Shown here: positions 1-8,625 of the stretch, piece by piece | Layout: each line of letters begins with the position of its first letter | How positions within the stretch are numbered: the first letter of the stretch is position 1 | Source: a virus | Taxonomy: Duplodnaviria > Caudoviricetes | Length of the DNA: 25,363 bases | Strand: one strand, 5' to 3' | IMG/VR virus record: IMGVR_UViG_3300036713_000084 | Coordinates: 1-25,363 of that record | Position numbers and translations under genes: made by a program | Notes under the pieces: generated by a model | What the model was told of the DNA's origin: nothing | Databases searched by the model: none | What the model saw: only the letters and a program-made list of their open reading frames with translations

Positions 1-1
1 A

Positions 2-1864
2 ATTGGTAATGTCTGCCGTTACATGGGTATGCGATGAATCCGCAAGACCCAATGACCCAATGGCGATTTCTTTTAATATGCCCGATGTTGGGTCAATCGC
101 CACTAAATTGTCCCCGGTGTCGCCGTCCACTAGCATATTGGGAAACGTTGGGGTAATGTCGTTTACCAATATTCCTTGTAATTCCAAAGTGCTTGTGGCA
201 TTGTTCCAATTTAAACCGGTAGAATAGGAAAAATTGCTTCCGCTTGAATACGGTACTTGTCCGCTTGTGCCATAAGCAATATTTTCAACATATCGCCCGT
301 CCAAATCTACCGTAATTGTCGTTGCATCTTGTTGGGTCAATGTCAAAACGCCATTACTTACATTGAACGATGCTGAATTTATCTTGTCATTGTATGCCGT
401 ATTCCAATTCGTTGAATTATCCGTGAAATCTGTAACGTCTGCGATTAAATGCGTATGTGTGCTATCTGCAAACCCTGTGATCGTAACGCTATTACCCCCG
501 GAAATTGCCAAATTGTTTGTTCCGTCCGTCCACGTTAGGGTTTGACTATCTGTTTCGGTTGTCAAATATCGCCCGTCAAGATTAACCGTGACCGTTCCGG
601 CGTCTTGTTGCGTCAATGTTAACACCCCCGTTCCCGTTGAAAAGGATGCCGAATTAATTTTGTCGTTATAGGCAATATCCCATTCTGTGGCATTGTAGGA
701 TGCATCCCCGGTTCTTACTATCGTTGCGTCAACCGGTTCATAAACCCCGGTGTGTAAATGATTTCCCAATGCGACCGTTACGCCTGTCGTTCCCGTAGGA
801 ATATTGGCAATAGGGACATTTGCCCATGTAACCGCCGACGTTAAATCGTTTGTTTCTGTAAATGATGTTAGATATCCCGCACTTGCATGATTTCCCCAAC
901 TAAACGCGTCATTCCAATTCGTTGAATTGTCCGTAAAATCCGTAATGTCCGCAATCAAATGTGTGTGCCCTGTGTTGGATTTGCCGTCCAACGCACTTTG
1001 AAGATCCGTTTGATTTGATAATGTTCCGGTAATTGATCCCCATGATGTCGCCGATGTTCCGGAAACTTCAACATAAACAGATCCCGACCAACGATAAAGT
1101 GTGTTTGTGTCTAATGCGATGTAAATTTTGCCCGTTTCACCCGTACCCGGGAATGCACCTAAATTTGCAAATTCCAACACATCGTCAACATAACTCGGAA
1201 GATATACCGAATCAATCAAACTTGACCCGTTCAACGGGACGTACCCGTTCGCCGATCCTTTATTTGCGATCAATTCATACGCCGATGCCTGACTGTCAAT
1301 TTCTGTTTCGGTGTAATACCGGGCATCAAATCCGGTAAATGATGCAAGATCCGTAATATCTGTATTAACATGTGTGTGTGCCGTTGGCGTTCTTGCGTTA
1401 CTCAATCGGAAATCCGTTGTATCAATTAACGTTGCATCCGTCACGATTGAATTCAATTCCGCCAATGTGTCAATGTCGTCCGAACTTAGTCCCGATCCGC
1501 CGGTATTCAATACCCATGCGTTGTCTTTTCGCACATATTCAAACGTGTCGGCCGGTGCGTCCGGGATCTTTGTTTCATCTAATATTCGACCCTGATTTGA
1601 TGACAATGCATTCACCGTTGATGTTGACGTCAAATTATCTTCAACCACAATGTCAACTTGACTTTTTAATGCAATCCAATCGGTGTTTGTGACCCCGGTG
1701 TTTAATTCATACGTCGTAAGATCTTCAACCACAAAAACCAACATTCCTTGCCAACGCACACCACTTGGTATTGAATCCCGTGCCACAATGGTTGCAACCT
1801 TTCGTGTTGTTTCAATCGGATTTGGATATGCCCTTCTAAATTGGGAAATGATGTCTTGTGCCAT
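2..1864 (-). CDS. Tail fibre protein, 3'-truncated by the window edge (>=621 aa; not in the ORF track)
   Basis: Hand translation from ATG at 1864 stays open to the window end: MAQDIISQFRRAYPNPIETTRKVATIVARDSIP... It contains typical fibre modules (VEDNLTSTSTVNALSSNQGRIL, NKGSANGYVPLN, YLPSYVDDVLEF...FPGTGETGKIYIALDTNTLYRWSGS, WGSITGTLSNQTDLQSALDGK) and several HxH motifs, and lies downstream of the tail-tip gene. Confidence 0.9.
   Translation of the reverse strand, partial: MAQDIISQFRRAYPNPIETTRKVATIVARDSIPSGVRWQGMLVFVVEDLTTYELNTGVTNTDWIALKSQVDIVVEDNLTSTSTVNALSSNQGRILDETKIPDAPADTFEYVRKDNAWVLNTGGSGLSSDDIDTLAELNSIVTDATLIDTTDFRLSNARTPTAHTHVNTDITDLASFTGFDARYYTETEIDSQASAYELIANKGSANGYVPLNGSSLIDSVYLPSYVDDVLEFANLGAFPGTGETGKIYIALDTNTLYRWSGSVYVEVSGTSATSWGSITGTLSNQTDLQSALDGKSNTGHTHLIADITDFTDNSTNWNDAFSWGNHASAGYLTSFTETNDLTSAVTWANVPIANIPTGTTGVTVALGNHLHTGVYEPVDATIVRTGDASYNATEWDIAYNDKINSASFSTGTGVLTLTQQDAGTVTVNLDGRYLTTETDSQTLTWTDGTNNLAISGGNSVTITGFADSTHTHLIADVTDFTDNSTNWNTAYNDKINSASFNVSNGVLTLTQQDATTITVDLDGRYVENIAYGTSGQVPYSSGSNFSYSTGLNWNNATSTLELQGILVNDITPTFPNMLVDGDTGDNLVAIDPTSGILKEIAIGSLGLADSSHTHVTADITN
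290..967 (-). repeat. Two pairs of internal repeats in the tail fibre
   Basis: HTHLIAD(I/V)TDFTDNSTNWN at ~911-967 and ~401-459; AYNDKINSASF..GVLTLTQQDA.T.TV.LDGRY at ~564-673 and ~290-397. Differences are mostly synonymous. Confidence 0.9.
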
Positions 1865-1865
1865 T

Positions 1866-2153
1866 TTAAACGATGCTTGTTATTAATCCATTTTCAACCG
1901 TAACGGTTTTTGCGTCTGCCGTTGTGAATGTTCCGTTGATCCCGTTCACATGCCCGTACACTTCCCAATCCCCATTTGTAATTCCGCCCCGCAAAATGTA
2001 TGTTTGCCCGTCTGCCTCCGAATAAACAATCATTCCTTCATATCTGACGGTTGAATTTATTGAATCCCGACTACTTGCGTTGGCAACGACGCGATATAAT
2101 TCAATAGGCAAGTTGTATGATCTGCGAAATTGTGAAATAATTGTTTGTGCCAT
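1866..2153 (-). CDS. 95-aa virion protein, paralogue of the tail fibre N-terminal anchor domain
   Basis: MAQTIISQFRRSYNLPIE...RDSINSTVRYEGMIVY...TYILRGGITNGDW aligns without gaps to the fibre N-terminus MAQDIISQFRRAYPNPIE...RDSIPSGVRWQGMLVF...TYELNTGVTNTDW. Confidence 0.85.
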   Translation of the reverse strand: MAQTIISQFRRSYNLPIELYRVVANASSRDSINSTVRYEGMIVYSEADGQTYILRGGITNGDWEVYGHVNGINGTFTTADAKTVTVENGLITSIV

Positions 2154-2154
2154 T

Positions 2155-4944
2155 TTATATGAATTTGAATCCGATTTCTAATTTAAATTTTGTGGTTTGA
2201 TAATTCATCCGGTAAACTTTATATGTTACCCCCCCGACGGTCATGTCTGAAAGATATCCCCAATCTTCTGTGATATCCGGTTGTGGGGATGTTGTGACCA
2301 AATCAACTGTTCCCAACGTCGGTAAATGAACCAAAAACACATAATTCAATGCCCAAACAATTGTAGGAATTTGATCTTCGTCAAGACCTCGATTGTATCC
2401 GAATATCCAATACACCCCCGGGGTGTCCGGATCTTCCGTCCATGTTGTTGCATTTAATTTTGATTCGGGAATTGTTGTAAGGGTGTTTTGACCCCAATAA
2501 AACAATTCATTTGATCCAATCGGACACAATGCCGTGTCGGTGATCCCGGTTGCATTCCAACGGGTGTCCAAATATGTTGGGGAATTTGGGTTGATGTCTT
2601 GTTGATATTCTTCAACCTCGCCCGTGTTTGTGCCACCTGATTGAACGCATCTTTGTCCCCGCGTTGTATTTGTCAAAACTGCGACCCAAATCGGATTATT
2701 ATTTAAACCATTTTCCGATCCGTCATCTTCAACAATCAATTCGTTTGACACTTCAATAAAAACGGCATTGGTAATGTATCCACGTTTGCGATCAAATTGT
2801 CCGCGTTGTAGTATAAACCTTTCCGTTCCTATGGCATCAAATTGAAATGCCGTGTCAATTTGTGCGTCTTGCACTTGAATAACCCCTTCCAAAATCTTAT
2901 TTGGTTTTGAATACAATTGCATAATGCTTTTTGCTTGTAATAATCCCAAACTTGATTTTCCAAAACCGTCATCAATTACATCCCATAAATTCGGAATATC
3001 GGGATTTGTTTGTGTTGGAACGGTAATTCCGGAAATTGTGAATTTTTGCTTTGTATCCCCGTGCAAAACCTCAATTGGTTTTTTCTGCAAACTGTATGAT
3101 TGATCCGCATTATCATAAACATAATACGACAACTTTTCACGATCTGCCAAATTCGGAACGATCTGCAAAGAAACGCCGGTCAATTGCGGACGTATCAAAT
3201 TTGCATCCCAATTCCGGGCAACCCTCCAAAACGGGGTGCGTTCCAATGCCCCGTCACGGGAAAACATGGTTTTAAACGCCGGGAAATTATCCGTATCCGT
3301 GTTTTTTGTACTCGCTAAACCATGAAACGTTGTGTACAAAGTCCCATTCCCGGGCAATGCACCCAATTTAAACGCAAATGGAATCCATTGATAATTGTCG
3401 GGATTTCTTGTGCCATTTAAAAATTGATTGTATGCAGTAATTTCACATCGTTGTATTGATCCCGGCATAAAAAGAAAATCATCCGCATCGCTTTCGTACC
3501 AAACAACGGTGTCCCTTTTTTCTAATTCATACCCGACATCGTTCGATCCCAAATAAATTGTTCCGTCCGTTGTGATAAATCTAAAATTGACCATAAACGC
3601 AACCCCCGAATATCCTATTCTTGGTTTGAATTTTGCGAAAAATCTTAAATACAATTCGTCCCCTTGATTTAATGGGTGCGGACGTCCATATCTTAATCCC
3701 GCCCAAATTGATGCGTATGGATCGGTGTTTGAAAAATCAAATCCAACGGGTTGTGATCCAAATTGTATGGCATCCGTGTTAAAATCAACTGATCCTTGTT
3801 CGCCGGACGGTATCGAAACTTGTTCGATTTTCGGACGCCATTTATTCCATATTCGCCAACGTTCCCATTTATACGGTGCGGATTCCGGCGTGACGTTGTC
3901 CCAATCTTCTGTGAAACCGCCGTTTTCAATTAAATTCACCGATGAATCCCCTAAACGTGCGTATGTGTATTTGTAATTGACACGGAATCTTTTGTACACT
4001 TCGTCCATTGTCAAATAATGATCATCTTCAATCATTGCCGTTTTCGTTGGGATGTCCAAACACGGGATCACATCTAAATCATTGATCGCAACGCGTGACG
4101 GAATATAAACCGCACTTTCATTGAATTTATACCAATATCTTTGGGTTGCCCCCGTTCCATAATCAACATTGGCATTGATGCGTTGAAACCTCCAAACACC
4201 TTGTGATTGATATACCTTTGCCCCGAACATATAGGCCAAATTTTCTAAAACCTCAAGTGTGTTAAAAACTTCGTCTTTGTTTCGCCAATATGGTATGTCG
4301 TCTTCGTCGGAATCGCCAATGTATGTTCGAACATTCACCGTTGCTTGTGACAACGGGCAACCCAACCGTGAATCGACGTTTGTTGTCATTGTTTGTTCGT
4401 ACAAATCAACACAAACCCATATATCCAATCCTAAACCGATTTTTTTTAAACATTCGGTTAATATCAATATAAATTCAAAATGTTCGTTTGTATGGTACGG
4501 ACTTATGTTATCAACACCGTAAGGATTCCCCGTTCCGTCATTTAAAAACGGATTTGCGTCCAACGTTTCCAATCCGTCGGTTGCCTCAATTTCGGCCTCA
4601 TAAACACCTCCGGTTAATTGATATGAAAATCCATTGGGAATCACCCAACCGATCCAATCCAATGTTGAATCAATATAGTGTGCAATTTGATATTCTTTTT
4701 CGTTTTGTGTCCAAAACTCTGACAATTCAACACCGTTCCCCAAAATCAAATTCAAACTCGCCTTTGATGATCGTATCGGTTCAAACTTAAAATCACCGCC
4801 CGAATCATACGTAATTGTAAACGGCGTTGGTTGTGCCTCCAATTCCGTGACCGAACCAACGAACCCTTCTTGTAAGATAAAAACCTCACACGTTCGACCG
4901 TACACGTCACAATACGTTGTTTTATATTTGTTTGCTAATGCCAT
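2155..4944 (-). CDS. Tail-tip / baseplate hub protein (929 aa)
   Basis: Directly follows the tape measure with a TAATG overlap. The N-terminus (YKTTYCDVYG...FEPIRSSKASLNL...WIGWV) resembles Bacteroidota phage tail-tip proteins; the internal NLIENGGF motif suggests a carbohydrate-binding-like insert. Confidence 0.7.
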   Translation of the reverse strand: MALANKYKTTYCDVYGRTCEVFILQEGFVGSVTELEAQPTPFTITYDSGGDFKFEPIRSSKASLNLILGNGVELSEFWTQNEKEYQIAHYIDSTLDWIGWVIPNGFSYQLTGGVYEAEIEATDGLETLDANPFLNDGTGNPYGVDNISPYHTNEHFEFILILTECLKKIGLGLDIWVCVDLYEQTMTTNVDSRLGCPLSQATVNVRTYIGDSDEDDIPYWRNKDEVFNTLEVLENLAYMFGAKVYQSQGVWRFQRINANVDYGTGATQRYWYKFNESAVYIPSRVAINDLDVIPCLDIPTKTAMIEDDHYLTMDEVYKRFRVNYKYTYARLGDSSVNLIENGGFTEDWDNVTPESAPYKWERWRIWNKWRPKIEQVSIPSGEQGSVDFNTDAIQFGSQPVGFDFSNTDPYASIWAGLRYGRPHPLNQGDELYLRFFAKFKPRIGYSGVAFMVNFRFITTDGTIYLGSNDVGYELEKRDTVVWYESDADDFLFMPGSIQRCEITAYNQFLNGTRNPDNYQWIPFAFKLGALPGNGTLYTTFHGLASTKNTDTDNFPAFKTMFSRDGALERTPFWRVARNWDANLIRPQLTGVSLQIVPNLADREKLSYYVYDNADQSYSLQKKPIEVLHGDTKQKFTISGITVPTQTNPDIPNLWDVIDDGFGKSSLGLLQAKSIMQLYSKPNKILEGVIQVQDAQIDTAFQFDAIGTERFILQRGQFDRKRGYITNAVFIEVSNELIVEDDGSENGLNNNPIWVAVLTNTTRGQRCVQSGGTNTGEVEEYQQDINPNSPTYLDTRWNATGITDTALCPIGSNELFYWGQNTLTTIPESKLNATTWTEDPDTPGVYWIFGYNRGLDEDQIPTIVWALNYVFLVHLPTLGTVDLVTTSPQPDITEDWGYLSDMTVGGVTYKVYRMNYQTTKFKLEIGFKFI

Positions 4945-6872
4945 TATCCGAATCTATTTGATTTACGTTGTGCTCTGTCTAATACCAAAACCAAATCCGA
5001 TCCTTTTACCCTCCATTCGCCACGTTCCGAACCCGATTGACTTGTGTCCCGGGTCGTCCCCGACATTGATGACGGAATTGTTCCGCGTAACATATTGAAC
5101 AACGTTGATTGTTGGTTTGGATTTAAAATTAATTCATTTCCGTTAACCCGAATAATATTTTTATCACCGGAAAAACCTCCGGTTGAAAATGCTGAAATTG
5201 CACCAAACGCACCCGCAACAATACCCGTTGCCGTCGCAATTAATCCGGGCAACGCCCCCAATCCAACCGGCCCTAATGCAACCGCCGTTTGGGTTGCCGT
5301 TGTAATTGCGTTTGCTTGTGCAACGCCAAATGCCACCGCCTTTTTTCCTGTTCCAATTATTTTTTCAACAATTAAATTGGTTAACAATGCTGACGCAATT
5401 TGTGAAAAGATCCCAATAATTGTATTCAATATTGCATCAAAAAATTTGTTGCCCGTTTCAAACGTATCGGCAATAAAACTAAATGCCTCGCCAACTAAGT
5501 TTGCCACGCCTGACGCAACTTCGTCCGCAATCAACAATGTTGTGTTTAATTTTTGTGCAAACAAATCCAATTGTTCAATACTTGCGTTGGTTAATCCCGC
5601 CAATATTTCCGGGTCAATGATATCCCCGAACGATTGTTTAAATTCGTCAAATCTTTTTTGTTGTTTACGAATAGAGTTTCCGAATGCCTCTAACTGTTCA
5701 ATGCTCAATCGTGATGCGGATGCCAACTGTTTCGGATTTAAAACATCTTTAAATTCCTTGTTGAATTGTTTTATTGCTTTTTCTAAATTTTTAATTTTAA
5801 TAAACCCGTCTTCGATCCCTTCAACGTCAAATGATTTTTTTTGATTTATCATATCGGACGCATACCCCGATGCAACCGCGATGTCGTTTATGGCACTAAC
5901 ATCAAATATTTCTTCCCCCTCAAAACTTTCAAATTCGATTTTGACTAATAACGCCTTTTGTTTGTCTAATTCTTTTTGTAATTGATCGGCAATTTTTTCG
6001 GCCTCCTTTTTTTCGTCCGCATCCAATTTGATGTTTTTCAATCGCAATCCGTCAATTTCATTTTGTAATTTGATCAATTCCGAATCCAACCCTTTGATTG
6101 CCGTGTCAATTTCTGTGGTGTCGGCCACAAAATCCAATACCCATTCCTTTGATGTTTTCGCAAGATCTTTTAGTTTCTTTTCAAGATTTGAGCCGAATAT
6201 TGTATCAAACCCTTTTGCAATTCTTCCAAAAAGTCCAATAAATATTTTTTGCGTTGAATCAACATATCCTTCCCATGCTTTGCGATAATCCTTGACGCCC
6301 TCCAATTGGGTTTTTAACAATTTCAATTCGTCCGCCCTTAAAATACGGGTGTTGCCCAATCTAAAAATCAACCCTTTGTTGATTTCTTGTTGGGTTTTGC
6401 CTTGTAATTTTAAAGTGTTTGTACTGTCTTTGTAGTTATCCGCAATACGTTGTGCCTCGTCCCCGGCTTTTTTTGTGGAATCAATAGAATCTTGTAATGC
6501 ATTGTCATAACCGGTGACATATTTCACAATGTCATCCCAATATGCCACGATCGCCCCAATTGCAACAACTAACGCACCAATGCCCGTCGAAATCAACACC
6601 GCCCGGAACGCCTTTGCACCCGCCGTTGCCTTGCCTAAACCGGAAACAACTTCAACCATACTTGACGCCAACCCGCCGGTCAATGAATTCAATTTTTGCA
6701 TCACCGGGGATGACTTTTTAAAAACGTCAAATGCTTTCCCGGCCTTTTTGGTTTGTTTGTCAAGATCCTTGACGCCCGTGTCTAAATCTTCAACCTTGTC
6801 AATGACCCCGTCCATTTTCTTGTTGAAATCATTTACAATTGCTTTTATTTCAATTACTAATTCTTCCTTCAC
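4944..6872 (-). CDS. Tape measure protein (642 aa)
   Basis: Follows the chaperones; coiled-coil, Ala/Gly-rich; FRAVLISTGIGALVVAIG motif; hydrophobic C-terminal stretch; ends AFSTGG...GEWRVKGSDLVLVL. Confidence 0.9.
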   Translation of the reverse strand: MKEELVIEIKAIVNDFNKKMDGVIDKVEDLDTGVKDLDKQTKKAGKAFDVFKKSSPVMQKLNSLTGGLASSMVEVVSGLGKATAGAKAFRAVLISTGIGALVVAIGAIVAYWDDIVKYVTGYDNALQDSIDSTKKAGDEAQRIADNYKDSTNTLKLQGKTQQEINKGLIFRLGNTRILRADELKLLKTQLEGVKDYRKAWEGYVDSTQKIFIGLFGRIAKGFDTIFGSNLEKKLKDLAKTSKEWVLDFVADTTEIDTAIKGLDSELIKLQNEIDGLRLKNIKLDADEKKEAEKIADQLQKELDKQKALLVKIEFESFEGEEIFDVSAINDIAVASGYASDMINQKKSFDVEGIEDGFIKIKNLEKAIKQFNKEFKDVLNPKQLASASRLSIEQLEAFGNSIRKQQKRFDEFKQSFGDIIDPEILAGLTNASIEQLDLFAQKLNTTLLIADEVASGVANLVGEAFSFIADTFETGNKFFDAILNTIIGIFSQIASALLTNLIVEKIIGTGKKAVAFGVAQANAITTATQTAVALGPVGLGALPGLIATATGIVAGAFGAISAFSTGGFSGDKNIIRVNGNELILNPNQQSTLFNMLRGTIPSSMSGTTRDTSQSGSERGEWRVKGSDLVLVLDRAQRKSNRFG

Positions 6873-7227
6873 GTTGCAGTCTTTTATAAGTTTCTAACTT
6901 TTCCATGTACCGTTTTTTCACTTCGTCCGGAATTTTCTGTTTTACTTGTGATTCCCCAAACAACGGCATAAATTGTTGTTCACTTTTTGGGATCTTTTTC
7001 ACGTCTTGATGCGGGGCAATTATTTGTGTGTACAACTGTTTCCGATACAACTTTAATTCACGCAACATTAAACGATTGTACGCAAATGCCCGGATCTGAA
7101 ATTCCGCATAACTCATATCGTACACGTAATCCAAATCCGGGCATCTTAATTCAAATAGTGCAAATGCAATTACATCACTTTTCCAATCTAATTGGATGTG
7201 ATCTTCGTCATCTTCATTTCCTTTTTT
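6850..7227 (-). CDS. Tail assembly chaperone, -1 frame extension (gpT-like part of a gpGT-like fusion)
   Basis: Open -1 frame overlapping the end of the chaperone gene, entered at the slippery A-run; DMSYAEF...AY motif typical of gpT-like segments; lies between chaperone and tape measure. Confidence 0.8.
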   Translation of the reverse strand, partial: KKGNEDDEDHIQLDWKSDVIAFALFELRCPDLDYVYDMSYAEFQIRAFAYNRLMLRELKLYRKQLYTQIIAPHQDVKKIPKSEQQFMPLFGESQVKQKIPDEVKKRYMEKLETYKRLQREGRISN

Positions 7228-7580
7228 TTTGCCGTTTCGATGTCTTCCGGCCTTGCGTCGGGTACGTCTTTGCCCATACTGTTTTTCCATGCCTCAACAA
7301 ATGACGGCAACAATCCGCCGTTAAATCCGCCGTCTTCGTCAATCCAATCAATAATGTCGTCAACGGTTAAATTGAATTCCCGCTTTGCCCGTTCTTCATT
7401 GTATTTGTGTGCTTCGTACATCATAACGGGTAACACTTTAAATGGATTTTCTTCAATGGCATCCCCAATTTTACTTGCGTGAATGCCTGATCCTTCGAGT
7501 AAACGACTTAAAAACCCCAATCCGAATTTAAATCCGATTGGTTTTCCTTTGATTTTGTATGTAAAATGGTTCGGGTTCAT
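7188..7580 (-). CDS. Tail assembly chaperone (gpG-like, 130 aa)
   Basis: Between tail tube and tape measure; GFKFGLGFL N-terminal motif; slippery site near the 3' end. Confidence 0.85.
   Translation of the reverse strand: MNPNHFTYKIKGKPIGFKFGLGFLSRLLEGSGIHASKIGDAIEENPFKVLPVMMYEAHKYNEERAKREFNLTVDDIIDWIDEDGGFNGGLLPSFVEAWKNSMGKDVPDARPEDIETAKKKEMKMTKITSN
7221..7227 (-). other. -1 programmed ribosomal frameshift heptamer A AAA AAG
   Basis: In-frame codons GCA AAA AAA AAG; the -1 frame continues GNEDDEDHIQLDWKSDV... to 6850. Confidence 0.85.
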
Positions 7581-7591
7581 ACATCAAAGAA

Positions 7592-8050
7592 TTATGGGTT
7601 CGGATCTGTCGTTACAATTGCCCCGCTACCATTCAACGTTAATGAAAAGGTCGAAATTTCATCGCCTGATCCTTGCGTCAAACTAAGGTCGGAAATAATT
7701 GCATCGCCATAATACGTTGTGTCTGCCAATCCGGTGTCCAATTCAAATTCGACAACCGCACCCGTTTGTTGTAATGCCAACAAATAATCGTGCGATCCTA
7801 ACGTGTCCAAATCCGGTGCACCCGCCGACGTTGTGTCAAGATATTGACCGTCCAACGAAATTGTGTACGAAAATACCCCCGCCTGTTTGATTGTAACGCC
7901 CGGGTCACATTTGGTATTGCTTTCAATGATTGACGTGCTTGTGTCCAATGTGTGCGACGTTGCACATGCAATCGGAAGATACGCCGGGGTTGTGATCGTT
8001 GCATCCCACAAACTAAGGATTCCAACTTCCCCTTTAATTGTATTTGCCAT
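7592..8050 (-). CDS. Major tail tube protein (152 aa)
   Basis: PIACATSHTL...IESNTKCD...SYTISLDG...YYGDAIISDLSLT...STFSLTLNGSGAI matches the TP901-1/lambda-like tube pattern; synteny. Confidence 0.88.
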   Translation of the reverse strand: MANTIKGEVGILSLWDATITTPAYLPIACATSHTLDTSTSIIESNTKCDPGVTIKQAGVFSYTISLDGQYLDTTSAGAPDLDTLGSHDYLLALQQTGAVVEFELDTGLADTTYYGDAIISDLSLTQGSGDEISTFSLTLNGSGAIVTTDPNP

Positions 8051-8080
8051 TTTAAAAAGATTTTTGTTAAACTATTTTCG

Positions 8081-8115
8081 TAAAGTTATCAATTAATAAG
8101 ATATAAAACTCTTAA
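8081..8115 (-). promoter_or_regulatory. Putative late promoter (degenerate copy) upstream of the tail tube gene
   Basis: TTAA-N23-TAACTTTA, with the same spacing as the three better copies. Confidence 0.45.
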
Positions 8116-8520
8116 AAATTTACGGTTCAATATTTCCGTGCCGTCCGCATTGCTTAAATCACCCGGAAATGTCAAATTTTCGTTGATAATTGTCAATCCA
8201 CTACCAACATCCAACGTTAAATTGATAATTCCGTCTTTTACTGCCTCCATAATGTCGTCGGCATTTACCCGTGATCCCGAATTTCCAACGTCCGGTATTC
8301 GGTCAAATACTTCAATTAAAATGGTATGTCGCCAACGGTAATCACATTTTGTGTCCTTTACAACTTCGTTTCTTTGTTCTTGTAATATCACGCCCGATTT
8401 TGGGTTGTTCATTCCGGTTCGCCGATCATAAACATTCACCGTTTCACCCCCAACGGAAATCCCGTCAACGGCGTCATATATTGCTTTGCGAACCCACTTG
8501 TCCGGATATGTTTTGTCCAT
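8089..8520 (-). CDS. Tail terminator / tail completion protein (143 aa)
   Basis: Position between HK97-gp10 and the tube gene; RKAIYDAV...VNVYD...ILIEVFD pattern. Confidence 0.75.
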   Translation of the reverse strand: MDKTYPDKWVRKAIYDAVDGISVGGETVNVYDRRTGMNNPKSGVILQEQRNEVVKDTKCDYRWRHTILIEVFDRIPDVGNSGSRVNADDIMEAVKDGIINLTLDVGSGLTIINENLTFPGDLSNADGTEILNRKFLRVLYLIN

Positions 8521-8582
8521 TTGTTATATATTTGTACTGCGGGTTGATCACGCCCGATAAAAAAAGTTAGTACTATTGATGT

Positions 8583-8625
8583 ATGAACCCCTTCGTTTCA
8601 TCCAACGTTGGGGTTCATTTTTTTA
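8583..8625 (+). terminator. Hairpin followed by a T-run on the plus (antisense) strand
   Basis: ATGAACCCC...GGGGTTCAT 9-bp stem followed by a T-run on the + strand. Confidence 0.5.

Noticed and set aside
290-967. Fibre repeats as a DGR template/variable repeat pair
   Set aside because: Differences are mainly synonymous third-position changes, not adenine-specific; both copies are in frame within one gene; no reverse transcriptase is in the window.
7228-7290. Independent ATG start for the 146-aa ORF 6850-7290
   Set aside because: The N-terminal part is an Arg-rich off-frame read of the chaperone gene; entry by -1 slippage at 7221-7227 fits the known gpG/gpGT arrangement better.
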